A DNA stretch of 64,000 nucleotides from Longimicrobiales bacterium (GTDB lineage: Bacteria; Gemmatimonadota; Gemmatimonadetes; Longimicrobiales; Gaopeijiaceae). The DNA is taken from NCBI GenBank assembly GCA_965248195.1, contig CBDFIQ010000002.1, positions 96,001 to 160,000 on the forward strand, read 5' to 3'. Shown piece by piece: positions 48,058 to 58,081 of the stretch. Below the pieces are notes generated by a model, which saw only the letters and a program-made list of their open reading frames with translations, had not been told where the DNA came from and did not search any database. Numbering within the stretch: the first letter of the stretch is position 1; each line of letters opens with the position of its first letter. The position numbers and the translations under genes were made by a program.

Positions 48058-48227
48058 CCTGATCGGGGGCTCGGGACCGTTTCTCCTTCCCCGTAAACGT
48101 CTTGATGGACCTCTACTTGAGGGGGGGTTACCTTTACCACAGTTGAGCGGGTGACTGCACTCGGGGGCGTTTTGCTCAGGCTTCGGCGACTCACGGGGCG
48201 GCCTGATCGTCATGTCGAGGCGCACGG

Positions 48228-51200
48228 ATGAATCGAAAAAATCGGACTTGGCAGCCCATAGATCCGGCAGCTGGGGGTCTACCGGAGGGACTTGAGTCTG
48301 CCCTCGGTGATGGGGAGTCCGTGTCCGCCTGCGTCGTCGTTCTGGTCGACTCCGAAATCGACTCTGAGTGGGGTGCGCTGGCGAGTTTGGCGATTGCCAA
48401 GAGATGGGCGGAGTCGGGGCACCGCGTCATTCTCGCGGATGCGTGCCTGGACCGTCCGGTGCTCCACGAGGTGGCGGGCGTCGAGAATGGCGAGGGTGTC
48501 TCCGACGTGATGCTCCTTGGGGCATCACTTGAGCGAATCGCGGAACCTCTCGGAGAGAGGCTGTTCCTCGTCCCCGCTGGAACACCGGTCGATCAAGTCG
48601 CCGACGTTCTGACACACATCGAATGGGACATCGTGATTCGGGGGTGTAAGCGGGCTGGGGCGACGCTCGTTTTTCACGTGTCGACCGGGACGCCCGGTGC
48701 ACAGTCTCTGACGGAGCGAGCCGAAGGGGTTCTGGTGCTCGCCCCGTCATCGCAGGACCTCGACACCATCGTTGGGAGCGAATCGGGTCCGCTGATCGCG
48801 GTACTGGGTCCGGGGAACAGAGGAGACCCGTCCGCTGCCGGCTTACCAGGTCCAGCGCTTGCCGACCCCGCGGGGGAGGGGTTCGGCTCCGACGAAACGC
48901 CTGAACCGGCCTTTGCGGAGCCCGGCGGCGGAGATTTCTCACTGGATGAGGAGGACGCTCTCGCCGTCGAGGGATTACCTGAGTTACCGGAGGAGCCACC
49001 GGCCTTCTCCGTGGATGATCCGCCGGAGTTGCTCTCTAGCGAAGGTGAGGATGGAGAGACGTCCGATGCTTTCAGCATACCGAGCCTGGAGGGCTCACAG
49101 TACGATGCGGGGGACTCGCGGGACGCGGCGCTGGAAGCCGACGTCCCTGAGGCGGAGGCTGTGGTCTCGGAAGCTGAGGAGTCCACAGAGGCATCTGGCA
49201 CGCCTGAGGCCGGCGACGTCGGTGTGGGGACCGCGGATCTGGATTCAGGATCGGATCTGGAAGTCGAGACGTCGGTCGAGGGCGATACCCCGCTGGTGGA
49301 CCCGGTCTCTGTCTCCGATTCACTCGCGGAGGTGGGGGCTGAGGAATCTGCAATAGAGGACGCTCTCGCCGTCGAGGGATTACCTGGGTCACCGGAGGAG
49401 CCAGAGGCCTTCTCCGTGGATGATCCGCCGGAGTTGCTCTCTAGCGAGGGTGAGGATGGAGAGACGTCCGATGCTTTCAGCATACCGAGCCTGGAGGGCT
49501 CACAGTACGATGCGGGGGACTCGCGGGACGCGGCGCTGGAAGCCGATGTCCCTGAGGCGGAGGCTGTGGTCTCGGAAGCTGAGGAGTCCACAGAGGCATC
49601 TGGTACGACTGAGGGCGGCGACGTCGGTGTGGGGACCGCGGATCTGGATTCAGGATCGGATCTGGAAGTCGAGACGTCGGTCGAGGGCGATACCCCGCTG
49701 GTGGACCCGGTCCCTGTCTCCGATTCACTCGCGGAGGTGGGGGCTGAGGAATCTGCAATAGAGGACGCTCTCGCCGTCGAGGGATTACCTGGGTCACCGG
49801 AGGAGCCACCGGCCTTCTCCGTCGATGATCCGCCGGAGTTGCCCTCTAGCGAAGGTGAGGATGGAGAGACGTCCGATGCTTTCAGCGTACCGAGCCTGGA
49901 GGGCTCACAGTACGATGCGGGGGACTCGCGGGACGCGGCGCTGGAAGCCGATGTCCCTGAGGCGGAGGCTGTGGTCTCGGAAGCTGAGGAGTCCACAGAG
50001 GCATCGGGCACGACTGAGGGCGGCGACGTCGGTGTGGGGACCGCGGATCTGGATTCAGGATCGGATCTGGAAGTCGAGACGTCGGTCGAGGGCGATACCC
50101 CGCTGGTGGAGCCGCTCCCTGTCTCCGATTCACTCGTGGAGGTGGGGGCTGAGGGATCTGCAATAGAGGACGCTCTCGCCGTCGAGGGATTACCTGAGTC
50201 ACCGGAGGAGCCACCGGCCTTCTCCGTCGATGATCCGCCGGAGTTGCCCTCTAGCGAAGGTGAGGATGGAGAGACGTCCGATGCTTTCAGCGTACCGAGC
50301 CTGGAGGGCTCACAGAAGCGGATCTGGAGATCGAGGGATCTGCCGGAGTGGTCCTCTCGCGAAGGCGAGGATGGAGAGACGTCCGATGCCTTCAGCGTGC
50401 CGAGCCTGGAGGGCTCACAATACGACGCGGGGGACTCGCGGGACGTGGCGCTGAAAGCCGACGCCCCTGAGGCGGGGGCTGTCGTCTCGGAAGCCAAAGA
50501 GTCCACAGAGGCATCTGGCACGGCTGAGGGTGGCGACCTCGGTGTGGGGACCGAGGATCTGGATTCAAGAGCGGATCTGCAGGTCGAGACCTCGGTCGAG
50601 GGCGAGACCGCGCTGGTGGAGCCGCTCCCCGTCTCCGATTCACCCGCGGAGGTGGGGGCTGAGGATTCTCCAACAGAGGAGCCGCAGGGAGAGTCCACCG
50701 AGGAGGATGCGGAGGCCGGGCGGGGGTACGAGGGTCCAGCCCGGGTGGAGAAGTTGCGGAAGACGGAGCGGAAGACGGAGCTGAGGACGAAACGGGAGAC
50801 GAAACTGAAGACGGAGCGAAAGACGGGGCAGAAGACGGGGCAGAAGACGGAGTGGCATGTCCTTCTCGTAGACGACGACGACGACTACTCCCTGGTCATA
50901 GAGCGATCTCTTAGGTCGGCCGCTGGCGTCCCAGTGGAGATCCGGAGGGCCCGCAAAGGCGGCGAGGCGCTCACCGTGCTAGGGGATTTCGTGCCCGATC
51001 TACTCTTGCTGGATCTGAAGATGCCGGGGATGGGGGGTCACGAGGTTCTCGAGAGGATCAAGGGGGACGACAAGCTTCGTTCGGTTCCCGTAGCGGTTCT
51101 TTCGTCTTCCGACCGCGACGAAGATGTTGCCAAGAGCTACGGATTCGGAGGTAATCACTTCATCACGAAGCCAAGCAATCCCCTAGTGCTCGAGGCGAAG

Positions 51201-51389
51201 CTGGGAGCGTTGCTTCGGAACCTCGCGGAGTTGGGGGGGATTCGTCGGGGGTCGACGGGAGTATCGACGACGGCGGTCAGCGCTGTGGACCCACACTCCA
51301 TGACCATACTAAAGGTGCTCCGCTGGGTGGTGGTCGTGGGTGCGTTGATCGCGCTTTACATCTTCGGCAAGGTTTCGGGGGCGTTTTAG
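48228..51389 (+). CDS. Response regulator with degenerate MinD/CpsD-like N-terminus, long acidic repeat region, receiver domain and C-terminal TM
   Basis: GHRVILADACLDRPVLH..GEGVSD; D/E/S-rich repeats; receiver VLLVDDD..DLLLLDLKMPG..VLSSS..FITKP; C-terminal WVVVVGALIALYIF. Confidence 0.8.
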   Translation: MNRKNRTWQPIDPAAGGLPEGLESALGDGESVSACVVVLVDSEIDSEWGALASLAIAKRWAESGHRVILADACLDRPVLHEVAGVENGEGVSDVMLLGASLERIAEPLGERLFLVPAGTPVDQVADVLTHIEWDIVIRGCKRAGATLVFHVSTGTPGAQSLTERAEGVLVLAPSSQDLDTIVGSESGPLIAVLGPGNRGDPSAAGLPGPALADPAGEGFGSDETPEPAFAEPGGGDFSLDEEDALAVEGLPELPEEPPAFSVDDPPELLSSEGEDGETSDAFSIPSLEGSQYDAGDSRDAALEADVPEAEAVVSEAEESTEASGTPEAGDVGVGTADLDSGSDLEVETSVEGDTPLVDPVSVSDSLAEVGAEESAIEDALAVEGLPGSPEEPEAFSVDDPPELLSSEGEDGETSDAFSIPSLEGSQYDAGDSRDAALEADVPEAEAVVSEAEESTEASGTTEGGDVGVGTADLDSGSDLEVETSVEGDTPLVDPVPVSDSLAEVGAEESAIEDALAVEGLPGSPEEPPAFSVDDPPELPSSEGEDGETSDAFSVPSLEGSQYDAGDSRDAALEADVPEAEAVVSEAEESTEASGTTEGGDVGVGTADLDSGSDLEVETSVEGDTPLVEPLPVSDSLVEVGAEGSAIEDALAVEGLPESPEEPPAFSVDDPPELPSSEGEDGETSDAFSVPSLEGSQKRIWRSRDLPEWSSREGEDGETSDAFSVPSLEGSQYDAGDSRDVALKADAPEAGAVVSEAKESTEASGTAEGGDLGVGTEDLDSRADLQVETSVEGETALVEPLPVSDSPAEVGAEDSPTEEPQGESTEEDAEAGRGYEGPARVEKLRKTERKTELRTKRETKLKTERKTGQKTGQKTEWHVLLVDDDDDYSLVIERSLRSAAGVPVEIRRARKGGEALTVLGDFVPDLLLLDLKMPGMGGHEVLERIKGDDKLRSVPVAVLSSSDRDEDVAKSYGFGGNHFITKPSNPLVLEAKLGALLRNLAELGGIRRGSTGVSTTAVSAVDPHSMTILKVLRWVVVVGALIALYIFGKVSGAF
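48951..50671 (+). repeat. 405-bp (135-aa) intragenic tandem repeat
   Basis: Unit GAGGACGCTCTCGCCGTCGAGGGATTACCTG.. starts at 48951, 49356, 49761 and 50166 (partial), followed by a more diverged partial copy at about 50340-50671. Confidence 0.95.
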
Positions 51390-51408
51390 AAGGATGATCA
51401 CCCTTCTA
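51387..51408. repeat. Short palindrome made of the fused termini of the 43850-44152 element
   Basis: TA-GAAGGATGATCACCCTTC-TA; same end sequences as the MITE-like element, also overlapping a TAG stop. Confidence 0.7.
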
Positions 51409-51449
51409 GAGCGGCGCTCCGGACGCTCCGGGCACCGAGAAGGAAAGTC

Positions 51450-53741
51450 ATGACCACGCTTCTCACCCAGGAGATCCAGATTACCGGCATGACCTGCGCC
51501 GCGTGCGTCCGGCGTGTGGAGAATGCGGTGGCCAGCGTTCCCGGCGTCGCTCAGGTAGAGGTCAGCCTCGCCACCGAAGCCGCCCGGGTGCAGTACGCGC
51601 CTGGAGCCCTGGAGACGGATGCGATTCGGGAGGCGGTGGTAGCGGCCGGCTACGACGTGGACTCGGCCGCCGAGACCGAGGCGCTCGAAGAGACCCTCCA
51701 GCGTCGCGACGAAGAACGGGAAGCGGAGGCGAGGGGGCTTCTCCAGCGCTTCCAGATCGGGGCTCTGCTGGGCGTGCCCGTCGTGATCATAGGGCATGCC
51801 CAGTTCATTCCCGGCCTCCAGGGCCTGAGTCCCGGTGTGATGCGGGGTTTGTGGACCCTCAGCGGCTTTTTGACCATCCCGATCATGGTGTTTGTCGGTG
51901 GTCGCTTCTTTACGGGGGGATGGTCGGCCTTCCGGCGGCACGACGCAAACATGGATACGCTGGTCGCTCTCGGAACGGGGGCGGCGTGGCTCTACTCGAC
52001 GGTCGCCGTTGCGTTTCCCGGGCTCTTTCCCGAGGGGATGGCCCACCCATTCTACGAGGCGACGGCGGTCGTCATCACGCTTGTGGTGCTCGGCCAGGCG
52101 CTGGAGGCCCGCGCGAAGGGTCGGACCTCCCAAGCCGTTCGGCGCCTCATGGACCTCCGCCCTCTGATCGCCAGGGTCATCCGCGACGGTGCCGAGCTGG
52201 AGATTCCGGCTGCCGAGGTGAGGGTAGGTGAGATGGTGGTGGTACGCCCCGGAGAAAAAATTCCTGTTGACGGGCGCGTTCACGAGGGCCGGAGCGCCGT
52301 GGACGAGTCGATGGTCACCGGCGAGAGCATCCCCGTCGAGAAGGCCCCGGGCGACGAGGTTGTCGGCGGCACGATCAACGCGTCGGGGATAATCCACTTC
52401 GCGGCCGAGCGGGTCGGAAGCGAGATGGTCCTCTCACGCATCGTCCAGATGGTGCGAGACGCTCAGGGCGCCAAGCCGCCCATCCAGAGGATCGTAGACG
52501 TGGTGGCCAGCTACTTCGTTCCCTCCGTCATGATCGTGTCGGTGGTGTCCTTCGCCGTCTGGTACACCTTCGGTCCTGCTCCTGCGCTGAGCTACGCGGT
52601 GATTGTGGCGGTCGCCGTCCTTGTGATCGCCTGCCCGTGCGCACTGGGGTTGGCGACGCCGATCTCGATCATGGTTGCCGTGGGGAAGGCCGCCGAGCAC
52701 GGGATCCTCATCCGTAACGGAGAGGCGTTACAGCGGGCCCGGAACGTGGACACCATAGTGCTCGACAAGACCGGTACGGTGACGCAGGGCGCGGCGACCC
52801 TCACCGATGTGGTTCCCCAGGAGGGCGTGATTGAAGCGGACCTTCTCAGGCTGGCCGCGGCGGTCGAGGCGGGTTCGGAGCACCCGCTCGGGAGGGCCGT
52901 GGTCGATGGCGCCTCCGCCCGCGGGATCCAGTCCGAGCGGGCGACGGATTTCACGGCCGTCCCGGGGCGGGGCGTGCGGGCCACCGTGGGTGAGAAGGCC
53001 GTGCTCGTGGGCACCGCGTTCTTCCTGGCGGAAGCCGGCGTAGACACGGAGAGTTTGGAGCGGCAAGCGGCCGAGCTCGCGGCGGATGGGCGCACGCCGA
53101 TCCTGGCCGCTGCGGACGGGAGGCCCTTGGGGGTACTCGGAATTTTCGATCCTGTGAAGGCGGATTCGGTGGAGGCCATTCGCCGGCTCCAGACCATGGG
53201 TAAGCATGTTGTGATCTTGACGGGGGACCACGAAGCGACCGCCCGGGCGGTGGCGCACGAGGTCGGGGTCGCCACGGTTTTGGCCCGCGTGCTGCCGGAG
53301 CAGAAGGCCCAGCGGATCGCCGAGATTCAGAAGCGGGGTGGCCGGGTGGCCATGGTGGGTGACGGGATCAACGACGCGCCAGCGCTCGCCCAGGCGGATG
53401 TCGGGATCGCCATCGGGACCGGGACCGATGTGGCGATGGAGGCCGCCGACGTGACGCTCATGGGCGGATCCCTGGGGGGCGTAGTCGATCTCGTGGAGAT
53501 CTCCGAAGCTACCTTCGCCAACATCCGGCAAAACCTTGTCGGCGCCTTCATCTATAACGTGCTCGGGATTCCGGTGGCCGCGGGGGTGTTCTACCCCTTC
53601 TTCGGCATCCTGTTGTCGCCCCTCATCGCGGGGGCCGCCATGGCATTCAGTTCGGTGACGGTAGTGTCCAATGCGAATCGTCTGAGGAGCTTCACGCCCC
53701 GGCGGTTGGCGGAGTCGGGGTCCGGGTCCGGGTCCGGGTGA
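51450..53741 (+). CDS. copA: Cu(I)-translocating P1B-type ATPase
   Basis: GMTCAAC HMA domain, [35 protein letters not shown] and MAFSS motifs. Confidence 0.95.
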   Translation: MTTLLTQEIQITGMTCAACVRRVENAVASVPGVAQVEVSLATEAARVQYAPGALETDAIREAVVAAGYDVDSAAETEALEETLQRRDEEREAEARGLLQRFQIGALLGVPVVIIGHAQFIPGLQGLSPGVMRGLWTLSGFLTIPIMVFVGGRFFTGGWSAFRRHDANMDTLVALGTGAAWLYSTVAVAFPGLFPEGMAHPFYEATAVVITLVVLGQALEARAKGRTSQAVRRLMDLRPLIARVIRDGAELEIPAAEVRVGEMVVVRPGEKIPVDGRVHEGRSAVDESMVTGESIPVEKAPGDEVVGGTINASGIIHFAAERVGSEMVLSRIVQMVRDAQGAKPPIQRIVDVVASYFVPSVMIVSVVSFAVWYTFGPAPALSYAVIVAVAVLVIACPCALGLATPISIMVAVGKAAEHGILIRNGEALQRARNVDTIVLDKTGTVTQGAATLTDVVPQEGVIEADLLRLAAAVEAGSEHPLGRAVVDGASARGIQSERATDFTAVPGRGVRATVGEKAVLVGTAFFLAEAGVDTESLERQAAELAADGRTPILAAADGRPLGVLGIFDPVKADSVEAIRRLQTMGKHVVILTGDHEATARAVAHEVGVATVLARVLPEQKAQRIAEIQKRGGRVAMVGDGINDAPALAQADVGIAIGTGTDVAMEAADVTLMGGSLGGVVDLVEISEATFANIRQNLVGAFIYNVLGIPVAAGVFYPFFGILLSPLIAGAAMAFSSVTVVSNANRLRSFTPRRLAESGSGSGSG

Positions 53742-53830
53742 TGCCCATCGACGTGCTTCTTGTGAACGTAGGCGCCGTCCTGGCGATCGTATGGATCGTT
53801 TGGTACTTCTGGATGTCGGGAGAGGCCTGA
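53741..53830 (+). CDS. 29-aa single-TM peptide coupled to copA
   Basis: TGATG overlap with the copA stop; [29 protein letters not shown]. Confidence 0.6.
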   Translation: MPIDVLLVNVGAVLAIVWIVWYFWMSGEA

Positions 53831-53836
53831 CCCGAC

Positions 53837-54955
53837 TCAACTCCGGGAAGGGCTCGGACTTCCGTAGAGCACCGCTTCCCAGCCGTCCAGCATCTTTTGG
53901 TACGAAAATCGCTCCCGATAGCGCTCCTCCGCAGCGCGCCCCATTTCCTCCAGGAGCTCTCGGTCGTATAGGACGGAGTTCAGAGCCGAGGCGATCTCCG
54001 GTGGTGCGAAGCCCGTGACCAGTCCGGGTGCGCTGCCGTTGGTTTCGGGCTCCAAAGCCTCACGCGCTCCCGAGACATCGGTGGAGATCACCGGAACACC
54101 TCTCGACATCGCCTCGAGCATCGCACCGGACATCCCTTCTCGGTCAGAAGCGATGACTAGGGCGTCCACCGCGTCCATCAAGGTGGCGATGTTCGGCTGG
54201 TAGCCAAGAAAATGAACTCGGTGGCGGACTCCGAGCTGGCGGGCGTGCTGCCCGAGGGCCCCGCGCAGGGGACCATCTCCTGCGATGGCCAGATGAGCGT
54301 CTTCGTGGAGGAACACCATGGATTCCAGCAACTGGCCCAGGCGCTTTTGGGAGACGAGCCGGCTGACGCTCCCTAGGAGGGGCACGTCCGTCGGCAGGCT
54401 GAGCGCCCGCCTCGCGGCCCCGCCTGTCAAGCGTGGGCCCAGAGGCGGAATACCCTTGTGGATCGTGGTCAGCCGAGGACCTAGCTCGGGGATGGCCTCG
54501 ATATACGATTCCCGCATCGCCTCCGCCACGAAGACCACGTGATCCACCCAGTGTCTCAGCACGAACTGATACTTGAAATTCCTCGGGGTATCGCTCGAGA
54601 GTCCGATTCGCGCCACGAGGTTGGGAACCCTGGCCATCCTCGCTCCCAATGCCGCCGGCCAGAGCTTACGGAAGGTCCCGACGACGAAGGCGTCCGGCCG
54701 CTCTCGCCGGAGAACCAGCCCTAGATGAAGAGCGTCGTGGATCGCGAGGTCGCCTCCCAACCTCAACAGGCGCGTATCGACCCCCCTCGCTTGCGCCGCC
54801 TCCGCGACCAACCCTCGGTTGCAGAAAAGCGAAACTCGATGGCCGCGGCTCGCCAGGCCGAGCAGGAGATCGGCCAGCGCGATCTCGCCACCACCCCACT
54901 CGGACGCACCATTGTGGGCGATGATCCGCAGGGGGGCTCTCTGCTGGCGAGACAT
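53837..54955 (-). CDS. GT4 (GT-B) glycosyltransferase
   Basis: WGGGE, VSRLVSQKR, IAGDGPLR, HFLGY, SDREG...MLEAM.RGVPVISTDV.G. Confidence 0.9.
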   Translation of the reverse strand: MSRQQRAPLRIIAHNGASEWGGGEIALADLLLGLASRGHRVSLFCNRGLVAEAAQARGVDTRLLRLGGDLAIHDALHLGLVLRRERPDAFVVGTFRKLWPAALGARMARVPNLVARIGLSSDTPRNFKYQFVLRHWVDHVVFVAEAMRESYIEAIPELGPRLTTIHKGIPPLGPRLTGGAARRALSLPTDVPLLGSVSRLVSQKRLGQLLESMVFLHEDAHLAIAGDGPLRGALGQHARQLGVRHRVHFLGYQPNIATLMDAVDALVIASDREGMSGAMLEAMSRGVPVISTDVSGAREALEPETNGSAPGLVTGFAPPEIASALNSVLYDRELLEEMGRAAEERYRERFSYQKMLDGWEAVLYGSPSPSRS

Positions 54956-55061
54956 GGGGAAATCCTCTGCGCGTTTCGGTTGGTTGATCGGGTTCCGGCC
55001 GGCGGGTATCCTACCACACATTCGCTCGTTCACACATGCCCGAGCCCTGTAACCTCTCGTA

Positions 55062-57695
55062 ATGCCACAGGCCGACGATACTCCACTGATGCGTCAGTGG
55101 CGAGAGATCAAATCCCGGCACCGGGACTCTCTCGTCTTTTTTCGGGTCGGAGATTTCTACGAGCTTTTCTTTGGGGACGCCGAGGAGGGATCCCGGCTCC
55201 TGGGGTTGACGCTCACGTCTCGAAACAACGGAGCGGCAGCTCGTGTGCCCCTCGCTGGCGTCCCGGCAAAGGCTTTGGACGAGTACCTGGGACGGCTGGT
55301 TGCGCTGGGGCAGAGGGTCGCCATCTGCGACCAAGTGGAAGATCCGGCCGAAGCCGAGGGGATCGTTCGGCGCGAAGTCACCGAGACGGTGACTCCCGGC
55401 ACCGTTCTTCATGACGCGCTCCTGACCGCCGAGCGAAACAATTTCTTGGTCGCTCTGACAGAGCCGACGGAAGAGCGCCTTGGGCTCGCCACGCTCGACC
55501 TGTCCACCGGTGAATTGTCCGTCCAAGACGTGCTCGTTTCCGAGTTGAGAGCCGAGCTGGGCCGGCTCGATCCGACGGAACTGTTGTTGCCCCGCGTATT
55601 CGAGGAAGCTGGGAATAGCCTGGAGTCGTGGGGAGGAGCGCTCTCCGGCCGCCTCCGCACGTACCGCGACGACTGGGTCTTCGACTACACGTCTGCCGCG
55701 GACGAGATGAAACGCCGCTACGGCATCCAGAGCCTCGAAGCGTTCGGCTTCCGACGGGAGGACCGGCTGCTCGTTCAGGCCACAGGAGCGCTTCTGGCCT
55801 ACGTCGCGGAGATCCGGCCTGGGGGAGTAGGACACCTGCGCCGACCGCAGATCGTTCGTCGAGGGAGCGCGATGCTCCTCGATGAGATGACGCGCCGGAA
55901 CCTGGAGTTGGTCGAGCCCCTCCGAACAGGCGAGGAGGGCGGCACGCTCGTGTGGGTGCTCGATGAAACCGTGACCGCCATGGGTGCGCGGGCGCTCCGG
56001 CGTTGGATCTTGAACCCCTTGGTGGATGCGGAGGAGATCTGGCGAAGGCAGGAGGCCATCGCGGAGCTCTTCGACGCTCCCGACGTGCGCGCCCGACTGC
56101 GGGACGCTCTCGGCCACATTACCGACCTGGAACGCCTGGCCGGAAAGGTGGGCGCGGGGCGCGTCTCACCGAGGGAGCTTCTCGGCCTCGGCCGGTCGCT
56201 TGGCGAGCTCCCGGAGATCCAGGAGGTGGTCGCGGGCGCGGAGAGCGTGTTTCTGCGGAGTCTGGTCACCGAAATGGATCTACTGCAGGATGTGCGGGAC
56301 TTAGTCGAAATGGCCATCTCACCGGATGCTCCCGCCACGCTCCAGGACGGAGGGATCATCCGCGAGGGATACTCCGCCGATCTGGACGAGCTTCGCGCGA
56401 CCCGGGACGGCGCGCACGACTTCATCGCCGGGCTCCAGAGCCGGGAACGCGAGCGTACCGAGATATCATCACTCAAGGTCGGCTTCAACAAAGTGTTCGG
56501 GTACTACTTGGAGGTCACCAAGGCGAACCTCGACAAGGTGCCCGACGATTATGTCCGTAAGCAGACACTGGCCAACGCGGAGCGGTATTTCACTCCCGAG
56601 CTGAAGGAGTGGGAGGAAAGGGTCTTCGACGCCGAGGACCGCATGGAGAAACTGGAAGCCGGACTCTTCAGCGAGGTTCGTGCCCGGGTGGCGGCGGAGG
56701 TGAGCCGCATCCAAGAGGCCGGAAGCCGTGCCGCCCGGCTCGACGTGTTGAGCACCTTGGCGCACGTTGCGGAAAGGCGCGGCTACGTAAGACCCGAGGT
56801 CCACACTGGGTTTGAGGTGGACATTCTTGCGGGTCGGCACCCGGTGGTCGAAATGATGATGCCCACCGAATCGTTCATCCCGAACGACGTGGCTCTGGAC
56901 GCGGCCCGTCGCATCGTGGTGCTTACCGGTCCCAACATGGCGGGGAAATCGACCTTGCTCCGCCAGGTAGGGCTCATCCACCTGATGGCGCAGGTCGGAT
57001 CCTTCGTTCCCGCGGACCGGGCACGCCTTCCGGTCTGTGATCGGATCTTCACCCGGGTGGGCGCCTCCGACAACCTGGCTCGCGGCCAGTCGACCTTCAT
57101 GGTGGAGATGAATGAGACTGCCTCCATCATCCATGGCGCCACGGAGCGGAGCCTCGTCCTTCTCGACGAGATCGGTCGGGGCACTTCCACATACGATGGG
57201 GTGTCCATCGCCTGGGCGGTCACTGAGCACCTGCACGAAGAAATTGGTGCGAAGACGATCTTTGCCACCCACTATCACGAGTTGACCCAACTCGGCGACC
57301 TGCTGCCCGGCGTCGTGAACATGAATGTGTCGGTACGGGAGGTCGGAGAGGAGATCGTCTTCCTGCGCAGGCTCGAGGAGGGCGGAGCCGACCGGTCCTA
57401 CGGAATCCAGGTGGCGCGGTTGGCCGGACTCCCTGGCGAAGTGATCGCTCGAGCGAGGGAACTTCTTACCGAGTTGGAGGGAACACACACCGGGGGGGGA
57501 GAGGGTTTGGGCCGGTTCGGAGCACATCGTCCGGCGTCGGAGCCCTCGCTCGATCAACTCTCATTCTTTGCGGCCGGTGACCCGCCCTTGCTAAGGCAAC
57601 TCCGGGCGATCGATCCGGAAACGATGACGCCCAAGGAGGCCCTGGACTTGTTGTTCGATCTCCATAAGAAGTCCCTTTCGGGGGAGGACGGTTGA
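55062..57695 (+). CDS. mutS: DNA mismatch repair protein MutS
   Basis: TPLMRQW, FRVGDFYELF, TGPNMAGKST, STFMVEM, LDEIGRGTST, ATHYHEL, SYGIQVA. Confidence 0.98.
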   Translation: MPQADDTPLMRQWREIKSRHRDSLVFFRVGDFYELFFGDAEEGSRLLGLTLTSRNNGAAARVPLAGVPAKALDEYLGRLVALGQRVAICDQVEDPAEAEGIVRREVTETVTPGTVLHDALLTAERNNFLVALTEPTEERLGLATLDLSTGELSVQDVLVSELRAELGRLDPTELLLPRVFEEAGNSLESWGGALSGRLRTYRDDWVFDYTSAADEMKRRYGIQSLEAFGFRREDRLLVQATGALLAYVAEIRPGGVGHLRRPQIVRRGSAMLLDEMTRRNLELVEPLRTGEEGGTLVWVLDETVTAMGARALRRWILNPLVDAEEIWRRQEAIAELFDAPDVRARLRDALGHITDLERLAGKVGAGRVSPRELLGLGRSLGELPEIQEVVAGAESVFLRSLVTEMDLLQDVRDLVEMAISPDAPATLQDGGIIREGYSADLDELRATRDGAHDFIAGLQSRERERTEISSLKVGFNKVFGYYLEVTKANLDKVPDDYVRKQTLANAERYFTPELKEWEERVFDAEDRMEKLEAGLFSEVRARVAAEVSRIQEAGSRAARLDVLSTLAHVAERRGYVRPEVHTGFEVDILAGRHPVVEMMMPTESFIPNDVALDAARRIVVLTGPNMAGKSTLLRQVGLIHLMAQVGSFVPADRARLPVCDRIFTRVGASDNLARGQSTFMVEMNETASIIHGATERSLVLLDEIGRGTSTYDGVSIAWAVTEHLHEEIGAKTIFATHYHELTQLGDLLPGVVNMNVSVREVGEEIVFLRRLEEGGADRSYGIQVARLAGLPGEVIARARELLTELEGTHTGGGEGLGRFGAHRPASEPSLDQLSFFAAGDPPLLRQLRAIDPETMTPKEALDLLFDLHKKSLSGEDG

Positions 57696-58066
57696 GGCCG
57701 CGTAGGAGCCGAAGGCCATCGGGTTCCCTGGCCCTGTGCGCGTTGCTCGCGGGCAGCATTTCCGCGTGTTCTGCTGATCAAGAGATCGAGAGCCCGTCGC
57801 CGTTGAGCGCTTCGGTGCCGATCGATTACCCGTTGGATCTGTGGGATCAGGGGATCGAGGGGAGCTCCGTTTTGAAGGTGCGTGTGACGGACCTGGGCGA
57901 CGTGGACAGCGTGGTTGTAATGGAGTCCAGCGGATATCCCGCCTTCGACTCCTCGGCGGTCCGGGGAGCGAGAACGCTGAGATTCAGCCCGGCGCGCCAG
58001 GGGGACAAGCGCATCGAAGTCTGGGCCCACGTGCCCGTGCATTTTTCGAAGAGGCCGCGTCCTTGA
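57692..58066 (+). CDS. TonB C-terminal domain protein (possible lipoprotein)
   Basis: ISAC lipobox-like, YP...QGIEG, SSGYPAFDSSA, FSPA, VPVHF. Confidence 0.8.
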   Translation: MRPRRSRRPSGSLALCALLAGSISACSADQEIESPSPLSASVPIDYPLDLWDQGIEGSSVLKVRVTDLGDVDSVVVMESSGYPAFDSSAVRGARTLRFSPARQGDKRIEVWAHVPVHFSKRPRP

Positions 58067-58081
58067 TCCTCCGTGCGGGTC

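Noticed and set aside
48951..50671. CRISPR array
   Set aside because: Repeats are 405-bp in-frame coding units without unique spacers, and there are no cas genes.
53714..53738. TCCGGG hexamer repeat at the copA 3' end as a phase-variation tract
   Set aside because: In-frame and short; it only adds a GSGSG tail.
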